Shown here: positions 25,923 to 39,695 of the stretch, piece by piece
How the letters are laid out: every line of letters starts with the position of its first letter
Position numbering within the stretch: position 1 is the first letter of the stretch
DNA from: Octopus bimaculoides
Taxonomy: Eukaryota
Reading direction: 5' to 3'
Length of the DNA: 64,000 nucleotides
NCBI RefSeq assembly: GCF_001194135.2
Contig: NC_068991.1
Span: forward strand, 35,654,753-35,718,752
Position numbers and translations under genes: made by a program
Notes under the pieces: model-generated
What the model saw: the letters and a program-made list of their open reading frames with translations, nothing else
Database searches by the model: none
What the model was told of the DNA's origin: nothing

Positions 25923-26603
25923 CTGTTTCGATTTACCATTTAATTCATAGTAACGTTGTCATAATAAACCGATATGTTGTATCAATTCCGAAACTAAAAG
26001 AACCCATACCTAAAGTTTACTTCTATCATGTGAAACCAAAATACAATACTTATTGAAAATACTGTTCAGTCTATGGCAGACAAGGACCTTGAAGAATGTA
26101 GACGACGAGCTCCGGTACTTCAGCCGCAGCTCTCAGTAGAGAGATTTTGAATAAAGACTGAAGAAGAAAGCACTACTACTACACTACTACTCAAGATTCT
26201 TTATGTTTCTTTATTTGACTTTATTTGACTCATTCATGTTTACTCAAAAAGAGAACTCGAACCTGGGATTAGATAAAAACGCTCTGCCTACATATCTCTT
26301 TAAGAACGCGCAAGTGTGCTTTTTGTTATCTCATCTAACCACATGAATATTAGATATATTTCTTCCAACCGTGCTCGAGTGCTGAACTGGAATTCACTAG
26401 CAACAATTAAGCTCTCTATAGGGGTTGGGTGGGGTTGGATAGGGTCAAGCTGTCTGATAACAAAATAGCTCATCTTGATAAGCCGCTTACATGTGAATTA
26501 ACTGTAAAACTGAATAAGTTACAACTTAACGAATAATGTTATAATATTTTAATATACAGTGTATAGCATATATTTCAGACTGAAACATCTCAACAGTACA
26601 TAT

Positions 26604-26669
<66 letters not shown>

Positions 26670-27094
26670 GATTACACACATATGTAAACGTTTAATCATT
26701 TTCAGATAACATGAATATGAGGAAAATTTTAGAGAAAAATAAATAAAAATATATAAATAGATTTAATGACCGTATCTAAAATTTGTCATCATGTATTATT
26801 AATGTTGTTGAAGATGGAAATAAAAATAATTTGGAAGGAGACAATTTAAGAAAATAGAATACAAAGGCATTATTTTATGTATGTTGCACATCTGTATTGA
26901 TTTCTACATAAGAAATATGTGCATATTTTCCAAAAGTATTACAATTTTGATTTTGAATTTAATTTCTAGATGAAAAACTATTGCTGTTATCTTAAAAGCT
27001 AAAAAAAACAAACAAACAAAAAACAGATCATTAATTTTTTCACTTTTTCATTCAAACTGATAAGTTTCAATCATTATTAAATAGATAATTGCTT

Positions 27095-27304
27095 CAAATT
27101 TTGGAACAACGCCAATAAATTCAACAGGAAGGGGCCAGTCGATCACATTGGCCTAGTATTTGACTGATACTTTACTTTAACGACTTCGAGAGGATGAACA
27201 GAAAAGTTACTCACGTCGGGATTTGAACTCAAAACGTAAAGAGCAGGTAGGACTGCTATTAAGAATAATTCGTCTGATGCGCTAAAAATTCCTCCAGCTC
27301 GTCG
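27095..27304 (-). mobile_element. Decayed tRNA-SINE copy
   Basis: GGGCCAGTCGATCACATTG..GGGATTTGAACTCAAAACGTAAAGAGC matches the family. Confidence 0.75.
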
Positions 27305-27496
27305 ATTGTCAGTGTATTGAATAAAAAAATGTAGAAAAATTTAAATATGTTAGCCTATATCTCCATAATAACAGCATGAAGTTGTAATGAATTATTAACG
27401 ATAATATTAGAAACATCGCGTAATGGTCTTTCAAATCTTGTGACTTGGATTAGAATCTTAAGACTTAATACTGAAGAATTTAACAATGTCAAAAAT

Positions 27497-27690
27497 ATTG
27501 GTTTCAGATTTCGGTACAATATTGGGGAAGGAGTAAGTCGATCACATCGACTCCAGTGCTCAACTGCTACATATTTTATGGACCTCGAAAGGATGAAAGG
27601 CAAAGTCGACTTCGGCTCAGAACACGAAGACGGACGAAATTCCGCTAATCATTTTGCCCGGCGTGCTAACGATTCCGCCAGCTCTCCGCC
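27497..27690 (-). mobile_element. tRNA-SINE copy
   Basis: GACCTCGAAAGGATGAAAGGCAAAGTCGACTTCGGC..GATTCCGCCAGCTCTCCGCC. Confidence 0.85.
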
Positions 27691-27849
27691 TTACGTAATG
27701 TCAAATATATTGTTTGTAGATTTTCATCAGAACTTATCGGATGTTAAAGACTTTACGATGAATTAAAACGTGATGGAATTTTATTCATCACAGTTTCCCA
27801 AAGAAAATCCAGCGCCAAATAAGATTAGGGCACCCACCCATTCCCGCTG

Positions 27850-29060
27850 CTTCCGGAGTTTAACCTATCAGTTCACACAGAATCTCCTGTCCACTTTAAA
27901 TCGAGTTGATGAGTTACTCCAGCGAATCTCTGAAACGTGTGTTTGTATATTTTCATCTGTGTTATTTGAAATAGATGTAACGCTGAATGTTATCTTCTTT
28001 CCTTTCGACACCATAACAAATAAAATGTTCTCTAAAAGATGATATCAAGAATCACTTCGCTAGAGAATTCTTTGCATTAAGATTTGTGGACGTGTTTTCA
28101 ACATTGACTCTACCTACCATCTCTTCGCATATAAATAACGTATTTTCTTTCTCACCTTGGAATACACATATCAATAAATCACCTCTGCTTCCGGGGTCCT
28201 GTCGTCCATGTTCTAACTTCACATCTGCTACACCTCACTCTCTCATAATTCATCTTCTTCGGCTAGATATCTTTAGTTATTCCAGCACATTTCATTTCTT
28301 CAAATTCCTTTTACAAGAAGGCAACAAACTGGAAGAATCATTTGAGAGTCTTGCAATAATTGTTCTAATCGTTTCTTTTTTTCCGAGTTCAAGTACCGCC
28401 GAAATCATATTTACCTGTCATGCCTTTGGAATAGATAAACAATGTTCCAAGGTGGAGGATTGGCGGAATTTTAGTGCATTGTGATATTTGTTCCAGTTCT
28501 TACGTTTCCGGGCAGGTGTGATGAAATTGTCTACATGTTGTCAACAAAATGGTGTCTCGTAAACTAGAAGGAATTTTCAGTCTTCCACGATAGTTCCATG
28601 GCAACAAGCACATAACGCTTATTTCAGGCATCATTAGGGGTTGTTCGTCGATGCGATAAGAAACAAATAGTTTTTACGATTCTTCTAACTTCTCGCAACA
28701 TCACCAATTTTCGACAGCCTCTTGTTTTGTATTGAATGCCTCTCTATAACCCAGACCAATATTCCATTAACTGCACATAAACAACACTTCTTTGATTTTG
28801 CACACCACCAACATCGATACACAACCGATATCTTTGCTAATCTGAATGTAGCTTCTCCGCTTAACAGTTACTCGACTTCTTTCCTCATCGTTTTGGAACC
28901 TTTCAGATCACCCGAGTATTGCCTAATCAAAGCAACCAGCATCAACTTCCCAAACCGTATCACTTAAACCTCTGGAGGAAGCACCACTCGATTTATGCCG
29001 ACTTCCTAACAAAATGAATTTCATTCCCGGATTACCTAAGATAACTAAACAGTAGGTCCT
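27850..29060 (-). mobile_element. Very decayed restriction-endonuclease-type (R2/NeSL/CRE-like) non-LTR relic
   Basis: Broken frames give GLGYR (GGLGI-like), H.CPET..WNKYHNAL (like the R2 C..T...R..RHN motif) and an ..RGDLLI.. segment. Clade assignment is uncertain. Confidence 0.4.
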
Positions 29061-31827
29061 TTCATATTTCTTACACTGTAAAAGGTTACAGTCCCAAACT
29101 CCCAAATAGTTCATTCTACAGCAGTATTGGCAAAGATCATTGCTTGCAAAATTTGACAGAGGTTACCAACACAACGACAACTAGAGCGACGATGAAGAAT
29201 AACCACCCTACCACCACCACCACCACCATAATCATCCCTGTAATCATCATCATTTGTCTCTGTGACCTCCGCTTTCTGCTTACTTACTCTACAACTATTC
29301 AACATCCACCCTCATAGTCATACATGCAATCACCTGTCGCGCTCTGCCTTTGAGTCAGTTCTCCTCTAAAGATAACCTACATTTTTTTTCTCTTTTTTTT
29401 CGTCGGCCATTTTCCATCGTGCTTTTGTGGGCCGCACAGACTGCAGGTTTTCATACCTTTGCAATGTATGTGTGTGTGTGTGCCCGCACATGTATGTGTG
29501 TGTTTGTGTCTATGTATGTATATGTATGTCTGTCTATGTGTGTATGTATGCACACACATGTATACATCTCACCCTGGGTCATTTCATTTACCTCATTTTC
29601 GTGTCATTAATGCAAATTCTCTAGGGCATAAATGTATTCTAGGACAATTGCTGTGTTGATGACCAGAGAGCCCACTTGCCTCTAGATAATCGCACTAGTT
29701 TTTACTTAATGCCGTGTCAATTTCTGAGAAATCTTGATTCTTGAAATTATCGGTGGCATTTCCTCATTTTGGAATTGGTCCCAATTGCCACCAAAACGCC
29801 TTTTCTATTTCCTCTGGAAGAGGAGATATTTATAATAAGTCAAGAATTCATCTCGCATGTAATTTAATATACAATTAATCGTCTTTGCTGTTTAAATGCA
29901 TGCCTCTGCCAATTCTAAGTTTTTTTCTGTTTGCTCATTTTCAATTGACACGTTCTTGTTGTCACCACAGTTATAATAAACTTCAATCCCTTGGCCTTTA
30001 ATAACCCAGATATACCGTCCTGGGCCGCCTAGCTTACCCCCCATACACACGATATTAACATTGCCTTTCATCGTTCTGTAAATGATAGAATTAGTGAAAT
30101 ACTATAGTCAAAATGTTTCGATTATTACCATCTCGCTCACAAATTTCTGGTCTTGCAACTGTTACAAATTATTGAGACTGTTATTACACCGAAAACTAGA
30201 TTTTTGAATTCGTTTGTCCCACGTGCCTGGTAACAGAGTATTGTACTGGAATATGGAAACAACTTTGAAAGAGAAGTCCCGTCGTCTTAATCATCCAAAT
30301 ATTTTTTCATTAACTATTGCAATATCTTTAGAATTTCTCTTCTATTGACTTTATTATAGAAATGCGAATTTAAAGATTTTATGAAAGAAATTCGATTTAA
30401 ATGCTTCTAGAAATAATAATAAAGCAAACACAGTTTACTCAGAAATGAATCAAAACTATAAATAAATCTTTAATAGAATGAAAATGAAAAGACGGAACTA
30501 CTTCTAACAATTGTTTATAAACCAAGATAAACATCGTTTACAGTTTTTCAAATGTTTTGACAAATTAGAGTCACCCCTTCCTTCGACAAACTCGTATTCG
30601 CACATAGTAACAAGACATATCTAAACACATAAATTTTGTTCTAATGATTTTCTTTCATTCAATCTGAACTCTTTGTTATGCATTTGTTTGTGTGTTTGTT
30701 ATTGTTGTTGCGAATTAACTTCTAGCTCTTCGTTTCTCTTGTTGCTGTTGTCGAAGCACTTGTTTCTGTTCAATCCAGTTTACGTGATCGTTCGTTCTTG
30801 TGTTGCTGTCATTTAGAGATGATTGTCCTGAAGTATCTACCACAAATTACTCCACCATCGGGATTCTTGATCCTCCAGCATTAGTTTTTAATTAATTGAC
30901 ACTGAGGCAGAGACACTGTTCCAGATGGCTTTTAATATATCAGGTTTAATAAACCCTTGAAATTCTGTCACTAAATCAACTCAGTTATTTTCTTACAGTA
31001 TACGTTATTTTTATTTCCTACACCATTTTATAAACACCACGACCGTTAATGGATGCCTCAACATATGCAAGTTCAGGATGCTACATTCATCTTCCTCATG
31101 TACAGTTTTTCGAAGCTGAACACTAGTTCCAAGTAGCGGAGGTACACATTCTCAAATGTCTCACTATCAAATCGTTGTTAATCATTCTCAAATACTTCTT
31201 TTAGGAGTAATTTCAATGATTTTTGGTGCATGGCAAGAAACATCGACGTCTTTCAGTCCAATATTATTTCTTGATATATTTGATGATATAGTTTGATGTA
31301 AAACCAATTCTAATCATTTATCTGAAGTTTGAGTAGAATAACCTCCGTGTGACGATACTGTATGGCACTTGCAATCCTCGTTGGTGCTGCTGCTGTTGCT
31401 TTGGCCCTTGGTCAGCTTTGATCAAGCAACCACAGAATTAGAAAGGTTCCGGTTATGACTATCACATTCTATTCTTCAAATACACATTATCTAATGTCAT
31501 TTCTTTTTTAAGATAGCGTGTCATTTGGCTGCTATTTCCAGCGAGTCGAGAGACTAAATAGAGTTACCACCGAAGATGCTGCTGCAATTATTTATGTAAA
31601 GCTGATAACTTGTTAGTGACCACCCTGTAGAGCCAGATCAAAGGTGGTTAAACCATGACCTCCATCTTTTTTTTTTACGGTTGGGTGTAATTTGAGACAA
31701 AATTGGCTGTTATTTCTAGCACATCAAATGACTGCCGTTGGTATTGTTGATGTTATTGTTACCATACTACAGTTGTTCAAGATGCAGTAAACTGAATCAG
31801 GATTACCGATTAGAAACATGATTACTA

Positions 31828-31876
<49 letters not shown>

Positions 31877-32535
31877 GAGAGAGAGAGAAAGAGAGTGAGA
31901 GAGAGTGAAAGAGNNNNNNNNNNNNNNNNNNNNNNNNNNNNNNNNNNNNNNNNNNNNNNNNNNNNNNNNNNNNNNNNNNNNNNNNNNNNNNNNNNNNNNN
32001 NNNNNNNNNNNNNNNNNNNNNNNNNNNNNNNNNNNNNNNNNNNNNNNNNNNNNNNNNNNNNNNNNNNNNNNNNNNNNNNNNNNNNNNNNNNNNNNNNNNN
32101 NNNNNNNNNNNNNNNNNNNNNNNNNNNNNNNNNNNNNNNNNNNNNNNNNNNNNNNNNNNNNNNNNNNNNNNNNNNNNNNNNNNNNNNNNNNNNNNNNNNN
32201 NNNNNNNNNNNNNNNNNNNNNNNNNNNNNNNNNNNNNNNNNNNNNNNNNNNNNNNNNNNNNNNNNNNNNNNNNNNNNNNNNNNNNNNNNNNNNNNNNNNN
32301 NNNNNNNNNNNNNNNNNNNNNNNNNNNNNNNNNNNNNNNNNNNNNNNNNNNNNNNNNNNNNNNNNNNNNNNNNNNNNNNNNNNNNNNNNNNNNNNNNNTG
32401 CTGCCGCTGCTGCAGCTGCTGCCGCTGCTGCCGCCGCCGCCACCGCCGCCGCCGCAACAGCATCAACAACAACCGCCACTACCACAACTACAATCACCAC
32501 CATCGCTGCCGCCGTCAACAACAACAGCAACAATT
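31828..32535 (+). repeat. (GA)n, N-gap, then a compound (GCT/GCC/ACA/ACC)n triplet tract
   Basis: Direct reading. Confidence 0.85.
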
Positions 32536-33382
32536 ACGATAAGAAATATTTAATGACTTAAATCCTTGAAAATTTAAATAGCTTTTCTCATTTAATCGTT
32601 TAATCTGGTGAAAAGGGTTTCTTTGGAAACAGTCTTGCATTATTTTATTTATTTTGCATGAAATCTTAAATAGTAGCATAAACTTTGTATTTTTGTTTCA
32701 CTGAAGTTAAGGTACATAAAAAAAAAATGAAAATATTTCGTCTCGTTTCAATTTAAAATTGGGATCATTAAAACCAACAAAAATAGAAAATAGGAAGAAA
32801 ATCAAGAAAAAAATGTTGTTTACCTTCAACAACATGAATCAAAATATATTTTAGATGGAACAGATAACGCGATTGACAATGATAGTGCTTGGTTTATTTA
32901 GAGAAGGAAGAGCAGGGCCTATGATATTTCTCTGGGTATCGAAGACTGATGGGTTGTTAGGAAGAATTTATCCTCAGATTAGAAAATGAACTCTCTCTCC
33001 ATCTGATGGGCTTCTATGCAATTTCCGTCCACAGATTTTAATTCACAAGGCTTTGTATAACACATTTAGCACCATACAGTGCAATGAGATCAAACTGGAA
33101 ACAGCGAATGAAAGCGTGACGTCTTGACATTACAAAAAAAAATGAGTCTGGAGAGTATTAAATGGTTAACGAATTATCTGTAAAGCAGGTGAGAAACCGA
33201 GGAATTTTAAAAGCCAGGCAAATATATATTTATATATAATCTGAGAGCAAAGGGAACAGTACAATATATGTACAGCAGAATTTGAACTCTGTCATTGAGT
33301 TTATTGTTCTTTACAAAGTATAATGTTTAATATTGTGTTTATATGTGAATACATACGTGCATACATACATAAATCTAAGCAC

Positions 33383-34430
33383 TGCTCTCTCTGCCCTTCT
33401 CTATACATCGGGCAAACGTGACACCGCTTGGCTGACCGGTTCGCGGAACACCTTCCAGACATCCAACTCGGGAATGACACCCCGGTCTCACGCCATCTCC
33501 GCTCTACCGGTCACTCTTTGCAACACCTGTCTGTGTTCGGATTGTCCTTGCACAGGGGCCATCTGGACTCCCGTCTTCGCCGTGAACAGGTATTAATCTT
33601 CTCTCTTCACTCCTTTGCGACACATGGGCTCAACTCTCCTGTCCTATTCATCTAACCCTCTTCCCCACAATTCCTCTCACACCTACTTCCTCCCACCCAC
33701 CTCACCTCTCTTGCTCCGACTCCTACTTCTCCTATCACTCCTNNNNNNNNNNNNNNNNNNNNNNNNNNNNNNNNNNNNNNNNNNNNNNNNNNNNNNNNNN
33801 NNNNNNNNNNNNNNNNNNNNNNNNNNNNNNNNNNNNNNNNNNNNNNNNNNNNNNNNNNNNNNNNNNNNNNNNNNNNNNNNNNNNNNNNNNNNNNNNNNNN
33901 NNNNNNNNNNNNNNNNNNNNNNNNNNNNNNNNNNNNNNNNNNNNNNNNNNNNNNNNNNNNTATCCCCACCCTCAGCCTAACCCACACCCACCCTTTCTTG
34001 CCACACTGTCACATCCCCCACATTCCAACACCACCACACCACACCACACATCACCACATCACATCACACCACCACGCATACACTAGCACTGACCACTTCC
34101 CAAAACCCACACCATCATCCACACATCTACACATGCACACACGCACACGTCAAGATCACCAGCCCTCTTCCACACGCACATACATGCTCTCTTATACATA
34201 TGGACGTGCACCTTCGTTTTGGGATCCCCTTCTTCCTAGCTCTCCTGTGTGACCCCTCTGTTGGGCATTAGCCACTAAACATTCTTTATTTTCTCTCCCT
34301 GTTTCTTTCTGTGGATGAGCGTAGGTTCGAAACTTAAAGACTTTCTCACTTTCCGAGCGTTAAACTAATACATCTGTTTGTTGTCTACACCACCTGTCTT
34401 CGTCTTTTGTTTTTCTTGTGAATTCTCCCC
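33383..34430 (+). mobile_element. 5'-truncated Penelope-like element (GIY-YIG tail and pseudo-LTR), same family as 22235-24780
   Basis: LYTSG.T..LADRFAEHL.DIQLGNDTPVSRHLRSTGHSLQHLSVFGL..RREQVLIFSL..HGLN. Terminal repeat CTTTCTGTGGATGAGCGTAGGTTCGAAACTTAAAGAC..CGAGCGTTAAACTAATACA. Confidence 0.9.
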
Positions 34431-34437
34431 AGATATG

Positions 34438-34491
<54 letters not shown>

Positions 34492-34511
34492 CATATATAC
34501 ATTCACACACA

Positions 34512-34559
<48 letters not shown>

Positions 34560-35523
34560 ACCAATGTGATACGTGGTTGTATGTGAAATTTTAGATTAGT
34601 TACTTTAAAAAGAAAACTAATTTGCTTTAGGTTTCTAAGAAACTGAGAATCGTGACTTTCACTGGAGGAGTTAAATGGCGGCTCAATAAATGCTAAGTCT
34701 TTTTGAAATCCTCGATGTAAAGTTATAATTGCGAAATAACGAAACAAATTTGCGCAGCATGTCTTTTAAACAGTTCAGGGGATTTGCTATCTACACAAAC
34801 GTATAAAGGTAGCCTTAGCAAAATTCACGTTACAATCAAGCATATCTTTTGATACTAATCGAAACATACAGAGCATAGTAACTGAAAACCAAATCTTTGA
34901 TAACACCAAGTAATAAACGTGTAATAATATTCCACAAAGGAACTGATGCCAAATTAATCGAGATTAACGTTTCTTCTGTTTTCCGGTGTCCAATGTAGTA
35001 GTCTGGTAGCCTTTAAACTTCTAAATGAAAATTTTCCTGTTTCTTCCCCAGTAGCTATTTGTCAAACACTGTTTATTTTAATATTCGCTATCTCTCAGCT
35101 CGTTAATGCATTCATGTTTATTCAAATATTCTGTAGACTTTTCAAAATTCCAAGACATTGTATAGAATAAAAAGAATATTGTAGTAAAAATATTAACCTA
35201 TCTACCTTTTATGTTTCTTCAGAAAAGGCAACGTATTTAGAAATTTCCTACATTTTGTTTCACCTATTAACCTACAGGTGGTTTTCTTTGAAACTTAGTA
35301 ACGTGTTTAGAAATTTTTCATAGTTGGTTTTTCGTTCTGCTTTCTAATATATCACAACAGTAATGGCGATGGATTTCCAGAACTGCTATAAGGCAAGACA
35401 AATTAATAGTTAAAGCATTAACCGAGCAGCCAGGTATGCGTGCTCTGCTTAGCCACTGAACCCGGAGCGTTGCAACAGTGAAGGTATCCGACAATCCAAA
35501 TTCGTGAGATTTATATTTAAATA

Positions 35524-35737
35524 CTTTTCTACTCTAGGCACAAGGCCGGAAATTTTTGGGGAGGGGAACAGTCGATTAGATCGACCCCAGTACGCAACTG
35601 GTACTTAATTTATCGATCCCGAAAGGATGAAAGGCAAAGTCGACCTCGGCAGAATTTGAACTCTGAACGTAAAGACAGACGAAATACCGCTAAGCATTTC
35701 GCCCGGCGTGCTAACGTTTCTGCCAGATTGCCGCCTT
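35524..35737 (-). mobile_element. Near-intact tRNA-derived SINE with 17-bp target-site duplication
   Basis: Minus strand GGCGGCAATCTGGCAGAAACGTTAGCACGCCGGGCG..GAGTTCAAATTCTGCC..GTCGACTTTGCCTTTCATCC..CTGGGGTCGAT. TSD AGATTTATATTTAAATA at 35507-35523 and 35738-35754. Confidence 0.92.
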
Positions 35738-37459
35738 AGATTTATATTTAAATAAACAAGCTGAATGGGTCAGGTCTTTTCACTTGAAATCTATACGTAA
35801 ACTTGAATTTTCACTGGTTACTCAACAACAGCTGGGGTCAGTTTCAGCAATGAAACCTGCATCTAAATGGATAAGCATTCGACATTCAGACATTAAACCT
35901 ACATTTCAGGATTTGATAAAGGATCACGCAGACATAGTGATGAATTAGTTTTTGTAACTTTACGTAAGAGACCAATAATACCGCACTGATGTTCACATTT
36001 GCTGTTATACCATTCTTATATCACAAATGTTGAAAGTTTCATGTAACATCTTGCAAATTTACTCCTACTTCCATTTCATCAATACTCACTAATCACTTCC
36101 TTTCCAATATAAATGACTTTGCTACATACCTGTAAGATATCCCGGCTTTGCCATCTGCTGTTTTGATGTATATCCTTTACATTATTTTGTACAATTATTA
36201 AAAAAAATTATTATTAACAAATTACTTAATTATTTTATTATGAAATTATTTACACAACTGCTACTTATTCATCTATTTGTCTTTCTAGCAATTTGGCTAA
36301 TCAATTACTTAATCTATTCATTTTATTACTGTTTAATTACTACTTCTGAGTTAGCCTCTCTCCAAACTACATCTATAGATAGTGGGGCACTTATTTTATT
36401 CAGTCATCTATCACTGTATCTCTTGATTAATCTTATTTTATTTGATCTCATATAACATTATTCCATATTTTATTTAATTTATTGGTCACAATATTATCTC
36501 TCAATAAACATAATCTTGAAATTATTTCATCCTCATTGGAACACTTAAAAGATACTTTGCTGAATCATATATTATTTTGACGTGCTATTCACATGATGTC
36601 CTTATAAACAATGGAATGTAGTTGCACTACCTCTAGGTTGAACATATATTTGTTAGTGATGTGTATTCATTGCCACAACTGCTGTTGGAGGATCCACTAA
36701 TACGCAAAAATTCAATACAAACATACATACATACATACATACATACATACATACATACATAATATATACATATATATGTGTATATAATAAAATGGAAGAT
36801 GTGTGTGTATGTGTTTGTGTACAGGCCTTTTACTTGATCCCCCTTAAAATGAATATTTTTCATCCGATTTCGTTCACCCTGGGAAAATACATTGCTTAAG
36901 TTCCAGAGATGGTCATACACTCTTCAAAGTTTCCACATAATGAGTAATGCCGCCCCTACGGGACGTAAACACCTTTTCATAGGTAAATAAAAAATACCGA
37001 TGATCGTTGCTTCAAAGGACATAACTCTTGATAACGTAGTTATGCTACTTTCACTTCGTCTTCTACTACAGTTTTTACAATGCCCATTCACGGAAAACTG
37101 CCGATATTTTCACATTAGCACTTCCTTGAGGTAGCCATGCGTGTATATGTGTGTGTGTATGTGTATGTATGTATGTGTGTGTGTCTGTGTACACCAATGT
37201 CTGTAATATTTGTCACCAAATGATACAATAAGAATACAGACACTTTTCAATATCATTTTACAAGGAAAATGTTTATATTTAACTGTATAATTAGGTTAGT
37301 TAATCGTCCATTCCTGTACAGGTTCCCCAGTAAGATTTTAAAATGGCATACTTGGAACTATTTAAAAGTTACCACTATTTGAAAAATCCTACATGGAAAA
37401 TTGTAGAGGGCGGCTAGTTAATCTAATCGAATTGTTTAATACACACAAAACCCACCCAC

Positions 37460-37461
37460 CC

Positions 37462-37554
<93 letters not shown>

Positions 37555-37615
37555 ACACACACACACGCATACAGACATACACACAAACACATGTATGAGC
37601 ACGCACACACACATA
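37460..37615 (+). repeat. (CA)n microsatellite
   Basis: Direct reading. Confidence 0.95.
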
Positions 37616-38342
37616 TATGTATGTGTGTACTTCCACTACTTTGATTTAAGCGGTTAGCACTTCGCTCACAAACTCTTACTCACATTCTATGGAAAGGGAA
37701 GTTGAAATCCAGTCTTCGGCAAGTAAGAGCGACATTTTTTGAGTAGATGCTTTGCTGTGTGTGTAAGTGTTGTAGCATTTAAAAATATCTCGAATAAACA
37801 TATAAATCTGTACTTCTTGATTCTTGTTTCATTTATCGCGGATTACACAAGCATCTGAATTCTAATATTCAAATAGTGAGATGAAGCAGACTTAGAAAAA
37901 ATACCGGACAAAGAAGGATTGAACAGTTTGTCAGCCAAAATCAAACGCATATACATGTACACTAGAACACGCACATGCACACACACACGCAAACACATGC
38001 AGGCACGCACACATTCATGCGCGCACGCACGCACGTGACGCATGCATGTGCGCTCGCAAATGTTTGCATAAACGTATAAATACATGCATACATAGATTAT
38101 ATTGTTTGAAATAGTTTTCAGTAATAATAAGCATGATCTATTTCCAGGCGTGAGAGATATAGACAATATATGGTCCAAGCGTAGTCTAAATGTGCTCCTA
38201 CTTCTGATTTATGTGCGACAGACTAGTATTTTTCTAAGCAGATGCGTGTTTCTATTCTTATTACATCAGACACAAGCTGCTGCTGCTACGAAAGCTAGAT
38301 ACCTTGATGGAACATACATACACACACACATACATACATACA

Positions 38343-38373
<31 letters not shown>

Positions 38374-39444
38374 GTCTGCTTATATATGTGTGTGTTTGTG
38401 TATATATGTCTGTACACATACATATTTGCATGAATTTCTTATAGTCTTGCATTATATATGATTAAATTGACTTCAAATTGTAGTTATTAAACATCTAATG
38501 TCACTGGTGTCTGAAATAAATAGAGTCTCAGTGAGTTTTTATACTAAGCCATTCGAGGCTAATTTATTCCTATTTATCTATAAATACCACTTAACAGTAT
38601 TTTCTAAATGGAAATCTGCGATAGACAACAGTTTTTCTTTTTACAAGGAAGTTTCTAAACTGCTTATTATCATGATAGCTGGTACAATCTTCTGCAGATT
38701 CTAGCTTTTATGGAAAACACTTCAGAAGCAGTACATAAGCCCACCAGTGATGAAATATACATTTCAAATAAGGTTAGGTTCACATCAATACTTGGCATAC
38801 CCTGACAGTTACATTAAATGTAAATGATTTGATTGAAACCTGACGATACGAAAGTAACTTCTTTTCACATACAGATTTGTTATATCAATGATAACAGAAT
38901 ATTTACCGAAGAGTTTCGTTAAATTATTTGAAGTCTCTTCATCTTCGAATTGAACACCTAAGTAAGTTTAGATCTCTATTCAATCTTTACGTCAACATTT
39001 TGGTAAACCAATATATATATATCTGTAAAAATGTTGAAACATTTGAAACAGTTGAAACATTCCTGTCACAACCTGGGACCTTGAAGGCTGATTAAATAGA
39101 AGAAAGTATACTAGTCCTTTAATATATGATATTCAATATTTCATCTATTCAATAAGAAAATCAATACTTCATTTCATTTCACTATATATACTATATATTC
39201 TTTATCCTACATTAATATTATAAGAATATAAATAAAACATAAAAAACAGAGTTGGAAATCCTTTGAATAATATATATATATATATAAAGCATTTGTATAC
39301 TGTCAACTCAATGTGACAGTCCCAATAAGGGAATCATACTGCTGCTATTTAGCCCTAGGAAGCTGGACCGCTTCCTGTCGGCCTTGACACATTTCCTGTG
39401 TCTTTATATTTGCGAGGGGGGAGACAAGCACCCCCACCCAGCTC

Positions 39445-39506
39445 AGTGTGCATTCAGGGACATGCTTCTGAGTCATTGCTCGTCATCAGCCTGAAGTAGC
39501 AACACT
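39445..39506 (-). ncRNA. Type I hammerhead ribozyme fold
   Basis: AGTGTTGCTACTTCAGG-CTGATGA-C-GAG CAATGA CTC-A-GAAG-CATG-TC|CCTGAATGCACACT. Stem I TTCAGG/CCTGAA is perfect and extends, the stem III CATG is palindromic, and there is a GUC cleavage triplet. This copy has G at position 15.1. Confidence 0.7.
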
Positions 39507-39695
39507 ATTTCTCTTTATTATAGGCACCAAGGCCTCTACATAGAGGGGGACATAACACGGACAAACAAAACAAAACGTGGGGTACATAAAACGAATGATG
39601 AATAAAATGAATAACTTACAGTGAGGTGATGAAATGGCTTACGAGTCCCCCAAAACTCGCAGCTTCATTTAACAGTTTTCTTATACAGTTTATGG

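Noticed and set aside
30700-31400. Gypsy-like protease relic (LAYVEASINGRGV on the minus strand)
   Set aside because: A single short motif with no D(S/T)G, RT or LTR support.
35750-35950. hAT C-terminal relic (..SDIKPTFQDLIK)
   Set aside because: The resemblance is too weak to support a feature.
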